A stretch of 64,000 nt of DNA, taken from assembly GCA_043757845.1 (NCBI GenBank), contig JAYVOQ010000059.1, positions 6,267-70,266 on the forward strand, written 5' to 3'. The notes beneath the pieces were generated by a model. That model had not been told where the DNA came from, searched no databases, and was given only the letters and a program-made list of their open reading frames with translations. This document shows positions 36,878 through 47,257 of the stretch, piece by piece; position 1 is the stretch's first letter, and each line of letters starts with the position of its first letter. This DNA comes from Hyphomicrobiales bacterium (lineage in GTDB: Bacteria; Pseudomonadota; Alphaproteobacteria; Rhizobiales; Aestuariivirgaceae). Both the position numbers and the translations under genes were made by a program.

Positions 36878-38596
36878 TTACATTTCTTCTACGGGTGTAA
36901 CGCCCAAAACCTTGAGGCCATTGGCTAAACAATAGCGAATCGCGGTTAAGAAAGCGAGACGTGTCGAAGTTACATCATCATGACCTTCAACAATAAACCT
37001 TAATTGAGGCAGTTCTTTGCCACGGTTCCACAGAGAATGGAAGTCGCTGGCCAGATCATAGAGGAAGAACGACAGTCGGTGCGGCTCATGCGCGGTTGCT
37101 GCGGCCTCTACGAGGCGTGGGAATTCAGCGACGCGGCGGATGAGTGCCATCTCTGATTCATCTTGCAAGATTGTGAAATCGATTTTGCCAGACAAGTTCG
37201 CTGGTGCATTGCGCAACACAGATGATATGCGGGCATGGGCATATTGCACATAAAAAACTGGATTGTCTTTTGATTGTTCGGTGACTTTGGCAAAATCAAA
37301 ATCTAACGGCGCTTCGTTTTTGCGGTAGAGCATCATGAAACGGATCACGTCTGGGCCCACTTCGTCCACCACATCACGCAAAGTCACAAACTCACCTGCC
37401 CGCTTTGACATTTTTACGGGTTCGCCATTTCGGAAAAGTTTTACCAGTTGGCAGAGTTTCACATCCACCTGCACCGCACCACCTGAAAAAGCCTGGGCTA
37501 CAGCTGAAAGCCTTTTAACATAGCCTCCATGATCAGCGCCCAAAACATAGACAAGCTGGTTGAAGCCCCGATCAATTTTGTTTTTGGAATAGGCCACGTC
37601 GGAGGCGAAATAGGTGAAAGAGCCATCAGATTTTTTCAGTGGTCTGTCAGTGTCGTCGCCAAATTGCGATGCGCGGAAAAGTGTTTGATCGCGGTCTTCC
37701 CAATCGACGGGCACTTCACCTTTGGGAGGTGGCAGTTTTCCAACATAAACCAGACCGCGTTCTTCCAAAACTTTCAGTGCGCTTGTTACAGCGTCTGAGT
37801 CTTGCAGCGACTTTTCTGAAAAGAAAACTTCTTGTTTGATATCAAGTGCTGCAAGATCGTTCTTGATCATTTCCATCATCATCGCGATGGATTTTTCACG
37901 CACGATGGGCAGCCAGTCATTGTTTTGGAGAAGGCTGTTGCCAAACTCTTTCGCAAGCGCCTCACCCACAGGTTTGAGATAGTCCCCCGGGTAAAGCCCT
38001 GCGGGGATTTCACCGATGTCTTGGCCCAGTGCTTCGCGGTATCTGAGAAATGCCGATTGAGCGAGAACGTCAACTTGCGCACCTGCATCGTTGATATAGT
38101 ATTCTTTGCTTACATCAAAACCTGCAAAGCCGAGCAACGCGGCCAGCGCATCGCCAAAAACTGCACCCCGACAATGGCCAACATGCAATGGCCCGGTGGG
38201 ATTGGCTGAAACATATTCAACATTGACTTTTACGCCTGCTCCCAGTTTGGATGAGCCGTAGCTCTGTTTTTCAACCAACGCGTCTTTTAATACCTTTGGC
38301 CAAATTGCGGGCTTCAGCGCGATATTGATGAAGCCAGGCCCAGCGATGGAAACGGTGGCGACATCGGCGTAGGCATTCAATAGCGGCAAGAGCAATTCAG
38401 CTAAAGCGCGTGGACTTGTACCAGCTGGTTTGGCCAGCACCATAGCAACGTTGGTGGACACATCGCCGTGCGTTGCATCACGCGGCGGTTCAACCGTAAG
38501 CTTTGACGTATCCAGGCCCTGCGGCAGTTTTCCATCAGCGACAAGCCGAGTGACTGCCGTTTCAATTACGGTTTGAAATGATGCAAATATATTCAT
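36878..38596 (-). CDS. argS: arginine--tRNA ligase
   Basis: HVGH (HIGH-class) and KMSKR motifs. ATG at 38596 (MNIFASFQ); the ORF-track start at 38680 is an upstream extension. Confidence 0.95.
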   Translation of the reverse strand: MNIFASFQTVIETAVTRLVADGKLPQGLDTSKLTVEPPRDATHGDVSTNVAMVLAKPAGTSPRALAELLLPLLNAYADVATVSIAGPGFINIALKPAIWPKVLKDALVEKQSYGSSKLGAGVKVNVEYVSANPTGPLHVGHCRGAVFGDALAALLGFAGFDVSKEYYINDAGAQVDVLAQSAFLRYREALGQDIGEIPAGLYPGDYLKPVGEALAKEFGNSLLQNNDWLPIVREKSIAMMMEMIKNDLAALDIKQEVFFSEKSLQDSDAVTSALKVLEERGLVYVGKLPPPKGEVPVDWEDRDQTLFRASQFGDDTDRPLKKSDGSFTYFASDVAYSKNKIDRGFNQLVYVLGADHGGYVKRLSAVAQAFSGGAVQVDVKLCQLVKLFRNGEPVKMSKRAGEFVTLRDVVDEVGPDVIRFMMLYRKNEAPLDFDFAKVTEQSKDNPVFYVQYAHARISSVLRNAPANLSGKIDFTILQDESEMALIRRVAEFPRLVEAAATAHEPHRLSFFLYDLASDFHSLWNRGKELPQLRFIVEGHDDVTSTRLAFLTAIRYCLANGLKVLGVTPVEEM

Positions 38597-38627
38597 TGTA
38601 CAGATCGGATTTCCTTTGTGCCCTGCC

Positions 38628-39824
38628 CTAACGAAAAAGTGGGTCAAGGTCAAACAGGCGGCGATGTTGCTCCAGCGCAAAATTATCCGTCATGCCGGCG
38701 AGAAAATCACAGACTTGCCTCGCATAATGCCTCGTATCAGTTTTGGGGTGGTCGTCGCGCCATTCGAGCGGCAACAGTTTTGGATCATTGATATAGGCTT
38801 CGAAAAGATCGCGAATGATGCGTTGCGCCTTGGCCATGCTTTCCAGCACTTGCGGATGACGATACATGTGAGCAGATAGAAAACTCTGCATCACACGGTT
38901 GTTCTCGGCCATTTGGGCACTGAAAGACACAAGTGTGCGGCCCAAAATACGCACTTCTTCAGATGAATGTGGTTTTGTGGATTTGATGTTGCGGCCCGTC
39001 TGTTCCAACACGTCGTTCACCATGGCTGAAATGAGACGACGAACGGTTTCGTGAATTACGCGTTGGGTTTCAAGTTTTGGATAGGCCTTTAAAACTTGCC
39101 CCAAGGCTTGGCCCACAAGAGGCACATCACCCAGATCAATCACATTAAATAGTTTGGCGCGCAAACCGTCGTCAATATCATGTGCATTATAAGCGATGTC
39201 ATCGGATATAGCGGCAATTTGTGCTTCTGCTGAGGCATAAGTTGAAAGCCGCAAATCGTGAGCCTCGGTATATTCAATAATGGCGGCTGGAAGACCGGTG
39301 GCCGCATAGGGGCCGATGGCATGGCCTTCTGGGTCTGTTAGCGGCCCATTGTGTTTCACCAGGCCTTCGAGGGTTTCCCACGTGAGGTTAAGGCCATCAA
39401 AGGCCGCATATTTGTGCTCTAGCTTGGTGACAACGCGTAAGGTTTGGGCGTTGTGGTCAAAGCCACCGTAAGGTTTCATCAATCTATCGATTTCGCGTTC
39501 GCCTGCGTGTCCAAAGGGTGTGTGTCCTAAATCATGTGCTAAAGCTAAAGCCTCGGCTAAATCTTCATCCAAATGCAATGCGCGCGCCATAGCGCGGGCC
39601 ACTTGTGCCACTTCCAGTGAATGGGTGAGGCGGGTTCGGAAATGGTCACCTTCATGAGCCACGAAAACCTGGGTCTTTTGCTTCAACCGACGGAATGCCG
39701 AAGCATGAATGATTCTGTCACGGTCTCTTGCGAATGGCGTTCGGAAGGTTTCATGCGGCTCAGCAATGGCGCGGCCTAATGACTGGCTGGCATGTGACGC
39801 AAAGCTGGCCAATTTATCGGCCAT
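38628..39824 (-). CDS. dGTP triphosphohydrolase-like HD-domain protein
   Basis: [13 protein letters not shown] and [12 protein letters not shown] motifs. The start is uncertain (ATG 39824 or 39836); the ORF-track start at 39917 would overlap erpA. Confidence 0.88.
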   Translation of the reverse strand: MADKLASFASHASQSLGRAIAEPHETFRTPFARDRDRIIHASAFRRLKQKTQVFVAHEGDHFRTRLTHSLEVAQVARAMARALHLDEDLAEALALAHDLGHTPFGHAGEREIDRLMKPYGGFDHNAQTLRVVTKLEHKYAAFDGLNLTWETLEGLVKHNGPLTDPEGHAIGPYAATGLPAAIIEYTEAHDLRLSTYASAEAQIAAISDDIAYNAHDIDDGLRAKLFNVIDLGDVPLVGQALGQVLKAYPKLETQRVIHETVRRLISAMVNDVLEQTGRNIKSTKPHSSEEVRILGRTLVSFSAQMAENNRVMQSFLSAHMYRHPQVLESMAKAQRIIRDLFEAYINDPKLLPLEWRDDHPKTDTRHYARQVCDFLAGMTDNFALEQHRRLFDLDPLFR

Positions 39825-39870
39825 AGCTAGCCCCATTGACTTTTGCGCGAGAAAACCCAACATCTGCCCC

Positions 39871-40203
39871 ATGAGTGATGCACAAATCAACCTGACGGAC
39901 CGTGCCGCCCAACGCATTGTTGAACTGGCCGCAAAATCTACTCAACCTGCCAGTTTGCGGGTTGCGGTGAATGGCGGCGGCTGTTCTGGCTTCCAATATG
40001 ACTTCTCTTTCTCAGATGTCCGCGAGGCTGATGACATTGCTGTATTACGGCAGGGTGCAACGCTTTTGGTCGATTCCGTGTCTCTCGTCCACATGGCAGG
40101 TGCAACGGTTGATTTTGTGGATGACTTGATGGGGCAATCGTTCCGCATTTCTAATCCGCTGGCCAAGTCTTCCTGTGGCTGTGGCACCAGCTTCTCGCTT
40201 TAA
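39871..40203 (+). CDS. erpA: iron-sulfur cluster insertion protein (HesB/IscA/ErpA family)
   Basis: 110 aa from ATG 39871, with GGGCSGFQY and the C-terminal CGCGTSF. Confidence 0.9.
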   Translation: MSDAQINLTDRAAQRIVELAAKSTQPASLRVAVNGGGCSGFQYDFSFSDVREADDIAVLRQGATLLVDSVSLVHMAGATVDFVDDLMGQSFRISNPLAKSSCGCGTSFSL

Positions 40204-40207
40204 GCTC

Positions 40208-40993
40208 ATGCGCATTGCCACTTGGAACGTCAACTCAATCAAGGCGCATTTTGAGCAGGTGAACGAGTGGGTGAAGGCTGAAAGACCTGATGTTTTATGC
40301 CTGCAAGAGATAAAGTGCGAAGACATAAATTTCCCAAAGGCAGCATTTGAAGAGCTGGGTTACAATTGCGAAGTTCATGGCCAGAAAACTTATAACGGTG
40401 TTGCCCTTATGGCCCGTGGGCGCATTGAGAGTGTGTCGCGCGGACTTGCAGGTGATGACACTGATGAGCAGTCTCGATTCATCATGGGTACTGTTTTTGG
40501 CCAAGGCCGTCCAGTCACCGTGGCGTCGATCTACCTTCCCAACGGCAACCCCACACCGGGGCCGAAATATGATTATAAACTTGGTTGGATGAAGCGATTA
40601 AAGTCGCAGGTTGCGCGGATGTTGCCCGATGAAGAAGCCTTCGTGTTAGCAGGAGATTTTAACATCATCCCAGCGCTTGGCGATATGAAGCGGCCCGAGG
40701 CTTGGGCGAATGATGCACTGTGGTTGCCAGAATCACGAGCTGCATTCCAAGAAATATCAAATTTGGGTTTGACTGAAGCTTACCGCGTTTTGCATCCATC
40801 AGCATCGGGTGAGTTCAGTTTTTGGGATTACCAAGCTGGGGCTTGGCCCAAAGATAATGGAATCAGGATCGATCACCATTTGCTGTCACCGCAAGCAGCT
40901 GACCGCCTTATCTCTGCGCGTATTCACCGCGAGGTTCGCGGCCATGAGAAGCCATCTGATCATGTGCCGGTTGAGATTGAACTCTCGGCCTAG
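40208..40993 (+). CDS. xthA: exodeoxyribonuclease III
   Basis: MRIATWNVNSI start and the SDHVPV C-terminal motif. Confidence 0.93.
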   Translation: MRIATWNVNSIKAHFEQVNEWVKAERPDVLCLQEIKCEDINFPKAAFEELGYNCEVHGQKTYNGVALMARGRIESVSRGLAGDDTDEQSRFIMGTVFGQGRPVTVASIYLPNGNPTPGPKYDYKLGWMKRLKSQVARMLPDEEAFVLAGDFNIIPALGDMKRPEAWANDALWLPESRAAFQEISNLGLTEAYRVLHPSASGEFSFWDYQAGAWPKDNGIRIDHHLLSPQAADRLISARIHREVRGHEKPSDHVPVEIELSA

Positions 40994-41006
40994 TGAATAT
41001 GAAGAA

Positions 41007-41029
41007 GCCCGCTGCAAACGCCAGCGGGC
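41007..41029. terminator. bidirectional stem-loop between xthA and the phasin gene
   Basis: GCCCGCTG-caaacgc-CAGCGGGC 8-bp GC-rich stem. On the minus strand it is followed by a T-rich run (TTCTTCATATTC). Confidence 0.6.
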
Positions 41030-41062
41030 CCTTCAAAACTTATTAATAGTATTTTGTCGATA

Positions 41063-41413
41063 TTACTTAGCGACAGGAGCCTTAACGCCGAAAGCAGCAA
41101 AAGTTGCTTCATATGGCTTGAAAGCGCTCTTCGCAGCTGCGGCAGTGAGTTCACCCAACTTAGTGAATTCAGCAACGGCTGTATCAAAGCTTTCCTTAGC
41201 GAAGGCCTGTTGTGCTTCAACGGCCGTATCAACTGACTTGGCAGCTACAGCGTGTTGCCACATGGTAGCCGTCTTTTCGAAGGATTTCTTAGAAAAATCA
41301 GCAACTTCTTGCGCATAGGCTTGATAGCCTTTTGTAAAGGCAGCGTTTGAAGCTGTAAAGGCTTCGATGCTATCTTTATTCATGGCTTGCAGGTCTTCAA
41401 ATGATTTAAACAT
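41063..41413 (-). CDS. phasin family protein (PHA granule associated)
   Basis: ATG 41413 preceded by GAGGAGAA. The Ala-rich amphipathic sequence MFKSFEDLQAMNKDSIEAFTASNAAFTKGYQAYAQE is typical of alphaproteobacterial phasins. Confidence 0.8.
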   Translation of the reverse strand: MFKSFEDLQAMNKDSIEAFTASNAAFTKGYQAYAQEVADFSKKSFEKTATMWQHAVAAKSVDTAVEAQQAFAKESFDTAVAEFTKLGELTAAAAKSAFKPYEATFAAFGVKAPVAK

Positions 41414-41457
41414 GGTATTCTCCTCAGGGGTTTTTGAACTCGATGGCGGAGATATAT

Positions 41458-41498
41458 GTGCACTGCAACATAATGTCAAGAGATATATTGCATTGCAC
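41458..41498. promoter_or_regulatory. inverted repeat GTGCACTGCAA-N19-TTGCATTGCAC upstream of the phasin gene
   Basis: 10 of 11 arm positions are complementary, and each arm contains TGCAnTGCA. It lies 45-85 nt upstream of the phasin ATG. Confidence 0.35.
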
Positions 41499-41525
41499 CA
41501 TAAGAAACTTTAGCGGTAAGGAAGG

Positions 41526-42995
41526 TTGGTTAAGACGGCGAGTCTTTTTGGTTTACCCAATCGTAATGGCTCGTTCACTAAAGCTTATAAAAATTATTGG
41601 CAAAACGAACATTTTGCCAAGTCTAACTTTTGGAGTTTGACGTTGAAATTGTTTAAATCGAACTTATTGGCCAAGTTGGCATATGGCGTTCTCGCATCAA
41701 TGTTGCTGTGTAGCGCGGCAACAGCAAGGCCAGAATTTGCTGCGCTGACTGTGGATGCGCGCACCGGCCAAGTGTTGTTTTCTGATCATGCGGACGATTT
41801 ACGCCACCCTGCTTCGTTAACCAAAATGATGACGCTGTATGTTCTGTTCCAAGATTTGAAAGCGGGCCGCATTTCGCGCAACACAATGCTGCACGTATCA
41901 GAACGCGCTTCGACCATGGCACCTACCAAACTCGATTTGCGTGCTGGTTCCACCATCAGCGTCGATGATGCTATCAAAGGGCTTGTCACTAAGTCGGCAA
42001 ATGACGCTGCTGCAACCATTGCTGAAAATCTTGGGGGTTCGGAATCGAATTTCGCGGCGCGTATGACGCGCGTGGCTCATTCGATTGGCATGAACCACTC
42101 AACATTCAACAACGCTTCAGGGCTGCCCAATTCTGAACAATATACAACCGCGCGCGATATGGCCACATTGGGTTTGCGCTTGATGCGTGATTTTCCTCAA
42201 TACTATCCCTATTTCCGCATCACTGCTTTTCAGTTTCATGGTCGCACAATCCGCACGCACAATAATTTGCTACAGCATTTCGAGGGCACGGACGGAATTA
42301 AAACAGGTTACATCGCCGCTTCTGGATATAATTTAGTTACATCGACAAAGCGCGATGACAAACGATTGGTTGGCGTGGTTTTGGGTTCGCGGTCTGCTGT
42401 TATACGCGGTCGCTATATGGTTTCTATGTTAGAAAGCAACTTTGCAAAGGCTAAGGGTGGCAATACGGTCGCGGCCTTAGCTGGCTCTTCTGCTGGTGCC
42501 ACTAATCCGATTGCTGAAACTTCAAAAGTCCATTCAGTTAACAGCAAGGGTCTTGCTGAGGTAGCGGCAGAAGCGGCTCAAGACCCTGTGACAACCAGCG
42601 AAGACACAACGACAGCCAGCACCACTGATGCGGGCACGACGGTATTGCAAGCAAGTTTGGCACCCGGTGATAGTAAACCAGATAAACTACATTTTGCTGT
42701 GGTGTCGACCAACGACCAACCGCATTCTTTGGCCAGTGTGATGACTGACAGTTGGAACATTCAAGTGGGTGCTTTCCCAGATCAGTCGCAAGCCGCTGCG
42801 CGCATTGCTTCACTGCGTGGCAAACTATCTCGATTGCTTGAAAATAAGCACGGCTTCACGATGCAAGCCGACAAGGATGGTGATGTTATTTATCGCGCCC
42901 GCTTTGCTGGCTTTGACGCGGCTTCGGCCAAGAAGGTGTGCAGCAAAATTTCGCGTCTTGGCACATCTTGCTTGGCGATTGCACCGCAGGGCTGA
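41526..42995 (+). CDS. D-alanyl-D-alanine carboxypeptidase (S11) with C-terminal SPOR domain
   Basis: ASLTKMMT (SxxK), SAND (SxN) and KTG motifs. SPOR-like C-terminus (WNIQVGAFPDQSQAAARIASL...). The true start is probably TTG 41643, 7 nt after GGAG. Confidence 0.85.
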   Translation: MVKTASLFGLPNRNGSFTKAYKNYWQNEHFAKSNFWSLTLKLFKSNLLAKLAYGVLASMLLCSAATARPEFAALTVDARTGQVLFSDHADDLRHPASLTKMMTLYVLFQDLKAGRISRNTMLHVSERASTMAPTKLDLRAGSTISVDDAIKGLVTKSANDAAATIAENLGGSESNFAARMTRVAHSIGMNHSTFNNASGLPNSEQYTTARDMATLGLRLMRDFPQYYPYFRITAFQFHGRTIRTHNNLLQHFEGTDGIKTGYIAASGYNLVTSTKRDDKRLVGVVLGSRSAVIRGRYMVSMLESNFAKAKGGNTVAALAGSSAGATNPIAETSKVHSVNSKGLAEVAAEAAQDPVTTSEDTTTASTTDAGTTVLQASLAPGDSKPDKLHFAVVSTNDQPHSLASVMTDSWNIQVGAFPDQSQAAARIASLRGKLSRLLENKHGFTMQADKDGDVIYRARFAGFDAASAKKVCSKISRLGTSCLAIAPQG

Positions 42996-43427
42996 TTAGC
43001 CTTTTAAGAGCAGATCTCGCGCAGCATTAATTTGCGCTGCCAAATATGTACTTCCACCAGCGTCAGGGTGCGTGGCGCGTTGTAGACGCTTGTGAGCGGC
43101 GCGAATGTCATCGGCTGAGGCATCAATTTGCAGTCCTAAAATGCTGTAAGCTTGGTGTTTGTCTATTTGGATATGGGGCGTTGGAGGCGATTTTGAATTT
43201 AACTGGCCCAACAAGGAATTAAAACCCAAGAGTCCTGCCCCGATTGTGAAGGCAGGAACGGCAACCATAAAGTTACCGCGAAGTGCCGTCAGCGCGGCCA
43301 CGCCAAACAGAACATAGCCTCCGATCTGACGGGAAAAGCGGCGTGATTGTTGTGGTGTCATACGCCCGGCTTGGCGCAGAGCCCAAAGTGCTAAAATTGC
43401 GACTGCCGCTAAGCCCACACCAAACAT
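42996..43427 (-). CDS. membrane-anchored J-domain protein
   Basis: Two to three N-terminal TM helices, then a J domain with HPD (AYSILGLQIDASADDIRAAHKRLQRATHPDAGG). Confidence 0.75.
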   Translation of the reverse strand: MFGVGLAAVAILALWALRQAGRMTPQQSRRFSRQIGGYVLFGVAALTALRGNFMVAVPAFTIGAGLLGFNSLLGQLNSKSPPTPHIQIDKHQAYSILGLQIDASADDIRAAHKRLQRATHPDAGGSTYLAAQINAARDLLLKG

Positions 43428-44296
43428 TATTGAGGCGTTGCCTCGCTCAGAGGTTGATGTTTGGTTTGCGCACCGTCACACGTATCTGGCTTCGTCATTT
43501 CCAACCGCATAATTTTTCCGTGCATCGCGTAACTACCATAGTCAAAAAGCATTTCTGTTGAAACGCCGTTTTCATACATATTGAAATTAGCCTGAAATTC
43601 TGGTGTCTCGGCTTGCTTATCATCCAATGGATAGTAACCAAGCTGAAATGACCAAGAGGCCTGATCCTGCAAACTTTTAGTAACAGGATTTTTGAGGTCT
43701 ATTTCATAAGTGCCAGGGGCCCGACGTTTGCCGATAAATGTGATTACGCGATATTGCTTCACATCATCAGATCCGTCGTAAAGATTGGTCACATCATGAG
43801 TGGCCCCCGATTGAGCGAGAGCGAGTAATTTTTTCTGATGGGCGGTTGGGAACAACACATCTTTGGCAACTTTGAATGACTTGGCCTTGCTGCCCTTAAT
43901 CTCGCCTGTGCCTTCTTCGGTCTTGGCGCTGCGCGAAATGCTGATGCGCATTTCATCGCCGGGGTCTTTATTGACAAATTGTTTCTGTGTAACCTCAAGC
44001 TGTGAGCCATCAATTGATTCATAAGTGGACGATTGCAAGTCGATCAAACGATCACCTTGCTCTGTGTCCGTGAAGCGATTGGCAAAGCGTGAGTCGATGG
44101 TATAGCCCGCACACTCTGACCCGCTTACTTCGTAGGCTAACTGCCCATCCACAGGCTTGCTAGCCGCAGACTGGTCGATGCGTGCGGGTTCAAATATATA
44201 GAGGGCGCGATAAGTGGCCAAGTCAATGGCGCTTGCCTGCGTAAGTGGCATAAGGCTGGCCAGTGTGGTGAGTAAGATCGATCGAATTTTGTTCAT
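43427..44296 (-). CDS. DUF1849 family periplasmic protein (EipB-like)
   Basis: Signal peptide MNKIRSILLTTLASLMPLTQASA. YEVSGSECAGYTIDSRF segment and a second conserved Cys near the C-terminus, as in the Brucella EipB family (recalled from memory). Confidence 0.6.
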   Translation of the reverse strand: MNKIRSILLTTLASLMPLTQASAIDLATYRALYIFEPARIDQSAASKPVDGQLAYEVSGSECAGYTIDSRFANRFTDTEQGDRLIDLQSSTYESIDGSQLEVTQKQFVNKDPGDEMRISISRSAKTEEGTGEIKGSKAKSFKVAKDVLFPTAHQKKLLALAQSGATHDVTNLYDGSDDVKQYRVITFIGKRRAPGTYEIDLKNPVTKSLQDQASWSFQLGYYPLDDKQAETPEFQANFNMYENGVSTEMLFDYGSYAMHGKIMRLEMTKPDTCDGAQTKHQPLSEATPQ

Positions 44297-44351
44297 GCGT
44301 TGTATTCCTGAATCAAACCTAGCATATATTGTCACCAAACAGCGAGATGGG

Positions 44352-44828
44352 ATGTGTCCATTGGGTAAGATTTCAGCAAAACTTCGTGAACTTGGCCTTC
44401 AGCTGCCCCTGGCAGCCAAGCCGATGGCCAATTATGTGCCTTGGGTTCTCAGCGGAAATCTGGTTTTTGTTTCGGGCCAGATTCCAATATTGGACGGCAA
44501 ACCACAATTTGTGGGCCAGCTTGGAGGAGGCATAACATTAGAGAACGGCGTGGCCGCGGCGCGGCTTTGTGCTGTCAACATTGTGGCGCAACTCCATGAA
44601 GCCTGCGGTGGAGATTTGGACCGCATCGTCAGAATTGTGAAACTGGTGGGGTTCGTGAATTGCAATCAGGCTTTTACAGATATTCCAAAAGTGATGAATG
44701 GGGCCTCTGACCTTATGGCGGATATTTTTGGTGACGCGGGTAAGCACGCGCGCTCTTCGGTTGGCGCATCCTCGCTGCCGCTTGGGGTTCCGGTTGAAGT
44801 TGAGGCCGTTGTGGAGGTCAGAATTTGA
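44352..44828 (+). CDS. RidA/YjgF family protein
   Basis: 158 aa from ATG 44352. GNLVFVSGQ and the C-terminal PVEVEAVVEV pattern. Confidence 0.8.
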   Translation: MCPLGKISAKLRELGLQLPLAAKPMANYVPWVLSGNLVFVSGQIPILDGKPQFVGQLGGGITLENGVAAARLCAVNIVAQLHEACGGDLDRIVRIVKLVGFVNCNQAFTDIPKVMNGASDLMADIFGDAGKHARSSVGASSLPLGVPVEVEAVVEVRI

Positions 44829-45586
44829 GGTTTACCCCACAGCTTCGTGCCCTTGATTGGTTGGTGGCCAAGCCCATCGCGCACCGTGGCTTACACCACG
44901 AAGCGATAGGCCGTGTGGAAAATTGTGAGAGCAGTTTTGAGGCCGCTATTGCGATGGGCTTTTCCCTTGAGTGCGATATTCAACTGACCGCCGATGGCCA
45001 AGCCGTGGTGTTTCATGATGATGAGGTTGACCGGGTTTTGGACGGCAAAGGCAAAGTGAAACAGTTCACTTTTCAAGAGATCAAGGCCTTGGTTTTTAAG
45101 CAAGGCAGGGACAGAGTTCAATCTTTGGCGGAGTTGATAGAACAAGTTGCTGGACGCGCGACTTTGGTGATTGAAATAAAATCTCTATGGGACTTCGACT
45201 TCACTCTTACCGATCATGCCGTAAAAGTGCTTTCAACTTATGGTGGCCCTTATGCGCTGATGTCTTTCGATCCAGATTTAATTGCGCGGGTTGCCGCAAC
45301 CGCATCTTCCACCGTGCGCGGCATTACGGCAGACCGGGTGATAGATCCCTATTACAATCCCCTGCCGGTGGCTAAGCGGTTAGCGATGCAGTCGTTTTCG
45401 CATTTGCCGCAAACGCGGCCGCATTTTGTTTCATTTGATTTTTCTCAACTGCCCTTCCAACCCATCACCGAATTTCGCGGCGCTGGATATCCCATCTTAA
45501 CCTGGACAATTCGCAATCCGAAACAAGCGGCGGCAGCGCGGCGCTGGAGTGATCAAATTACGTTTGAAAATTTCGTTCTCGAATGA
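44825..45586 (+). CDS. glycerophosphodiester phosphodiesterase family protein
   Basis: IAHRG and ECDIQLTADGQAVVFHD motifs. The TTG start overlaps the ridA stop (TTGA). Confidence 0.8.
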   Translation: MRFTPQLRALDWLVAKPIAHRGLHHEAIGRVENCESSFEAAIAMGFSLECDIQLTADGQAVVFHDDEVDRVLDGKGKVKQFTFQEIKALVFKQGRDRVQSLAELIEQVAGRATLVIEIKSLWDFDFTLTDHAVKVLSTYGGPYALMSFDPDLIARVAATASSTVRGITADRVIDPYYNPLPVAKRLAMQSFSHLPQTRPHFVSFDFSQLPFQPITEFRGAGYPILTWTIRNPKQAAAARRWSDQITFENFVLE

Positions 45587-46743
45587 CAGCAAACTTCAAA
45601 GGCAAAATACTGCGCTCTCTGAGTGAAATGTCTGCGGATGATTGGGATCGGATCGCCAATCCATCTTCTGCCCCGTTTAACCCATTTATTTCGTACGCCT
45701 TCCTATGGGCTCTTGAGAAATCTGGTTCTGCCACCGAAAAAACAGGATGGGCGGCGCATCATATCGTTGTGGAACAGGACAGTAAGATTGTTGGTGTGGC
45801 ACCCTGCTATTTGAAATCTCATTCGCAAGGAGAATATGTTTTCGACCATGGCTGGGCCGATGCGTTTGCACGGGCGGGTGGAAAATACTATCCAAAACTG
45901 CAAGTGTCTGTGCCCTTTTCACCTGTTGTGGCCACAAAGATCAGTGGTCAAAATGCAGGCGCGCGCGGCGCTGTGAGCTCAATCATAGAAACGGCCTGCG
46001 ATCAAAACGGATATTCGTCAGCTCATATCACTTTTGCATCTGAACAAGACATTGAGTTACTCAGCGCCAAAAAGAAAAACTGGTTAGAGCGCAATGACAT
46101 TCAGTTTCATTGGCATAACGCGCACTGCAAAACCTTCGATGATTTTCTGGCAGCACTTTCCTCTTCAAAGCGCAAGAATTTGCGCAAAGAACGACAATCT
46201 GTGCGCGATAGTGGCATTGAGATGAAAGCGCTGACGGGCGACGAGATAGAGCCAGCGCATTGGGATGCGTTTTGGCAATTCTATATTGATACCGGCAACC
46301 GCAAATGGGGGCAGCCTTATCTTACGCGCAGCTTTTTCAAGATGATGCATGACACGATGCGACAACACATTCTATTGGTTATCGCCTATCATAGAGGGCG
46401 ACCTATTGCGGGCGCGCTCAATTTTATTGGAGGCGACACACTTTATGGACGCAATTGGGGCTGTGTTGAGACTGTGCCGTTCTTGCATTTTGAGACGTGC
46501 TACTATCAAGCGATTGATTTTGCCATTGCCCGCGGCCTGAAAGTGATTGAGGCAGGTGCGCAGGGTGAGCATAAATTGGCACGCGGTTATATTCCGGTGA
46601 AAACGGTGAGTTACCACCACTTTGCCCACCCCGGTCTGGCCCGCGCTGTGGCAGATTATCTGGAATACGAACGCATCGCCATTGCTCGAGGCCAAGAAGA
46701 GCTTGCGGCACATGCGCCATTTCGACATGTTGAAAGCGAGTGA
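45583..46743 (+). CDS. DUF482/FemAB-like GNAT-fold protein
   Basis: 386 aa. The YLKSHSQGEYVFDHGWADAF segment is characteristic of this family, as recalled. ATGA overlap with the upstream gene. Confidence 0.6.
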   Translation: MTANFKGKILRSLSEMSADDWDRIANPSSAPFNPFISYAFLWALEKSGSATEKTGWAAHHIVVEQDSKIVGVAPCYLKSHSQGEYVFDHGWADAFARAGGKYYPKLQVSVPFSPVVATKISGQNAGARGAVSSIIETACDQNGYSSAHITFASEQDIELLSAKKKNWLERNDIQFHWHNAHCKTFDDFLAALSSSKRKNLRKERQSVRDSGIEMKALTGDEIEPAHWDAFWQFYIDTGNRKWGQPYLTRSFFKMMHDTMRQHILLVIAYHRGRPIAGALNFIGGDTLYGRNWGCVETVPFLHFETCYYQAIDFAIARGLKVIEAGAQGEHKLARGYIPVKTVSYHHFAHPGLARAVADYLEYERIAIARGQEELAAHAPFRHVESE

Positions 46744-46751
46744 GGTCTAAG

Positions 46752-47168
46752 ATGACTTATGATCCCAGCAACATATTTGCTAAAATTTTGCGTGGTGAAA
46801 TTCCGGCACATAAAATCTATGAGGATGAGCAAACGCTGGCTTTCATGGATGTGATGCCGCAAGTGGATGGTCATTGTCTGGTCATCCCCAAAGCGAGTTC
46901 ACGCGGGCTGTTGGATGTTGATCCTGTTGTGCTCGCTCAACTTATGCCAGTTGTATGCAAAGTGGCCAAAGCTTGCGTGGCTGCAATGCGTGCCGATGGG
47001 TGTCAAATCCGCCAATATAATGAGGCAGCGGGCGGACAGACGGTGTTTCATCTGCATTTCCACATCCTGCCGATGAAAGAAGGCGTTCCCCTGAAACCGC
47101 ATTCCGTCCAGATGGCAGATCATGCCATACTGGCCGAGCAAGCTCGCAAGATCAGGGCTGAGCTTTGA
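46752..47168 (+). CDS. HIT family protein
   Basis: Histidine triad HLHFHILP. ATG 46752 lies 6 nt after GAGG (46742-46745). Confidence 0.9.
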   Translation: MTYDPSNIFAKILRGEIPAHKIYEDEQTLAFMDVMPQVDGHCLVIPKASSRGLLDVDPVVLAQLMPVVCKVAKACVAAMRADGCQIRQYNEAAGGQTVFHLHFHILPMKEGVPLKPHSVQMADHAILAEQARKIRAEL

Positions 47169-47257
47169 TCTCTGCTGATCTGCTCTTTTGTTTGCCGGTA
47201 GACAAAACCATTTGCTCCTCTGCGGGGTGGGTGCCAACTTTCATTTTGAGTTGAAAT

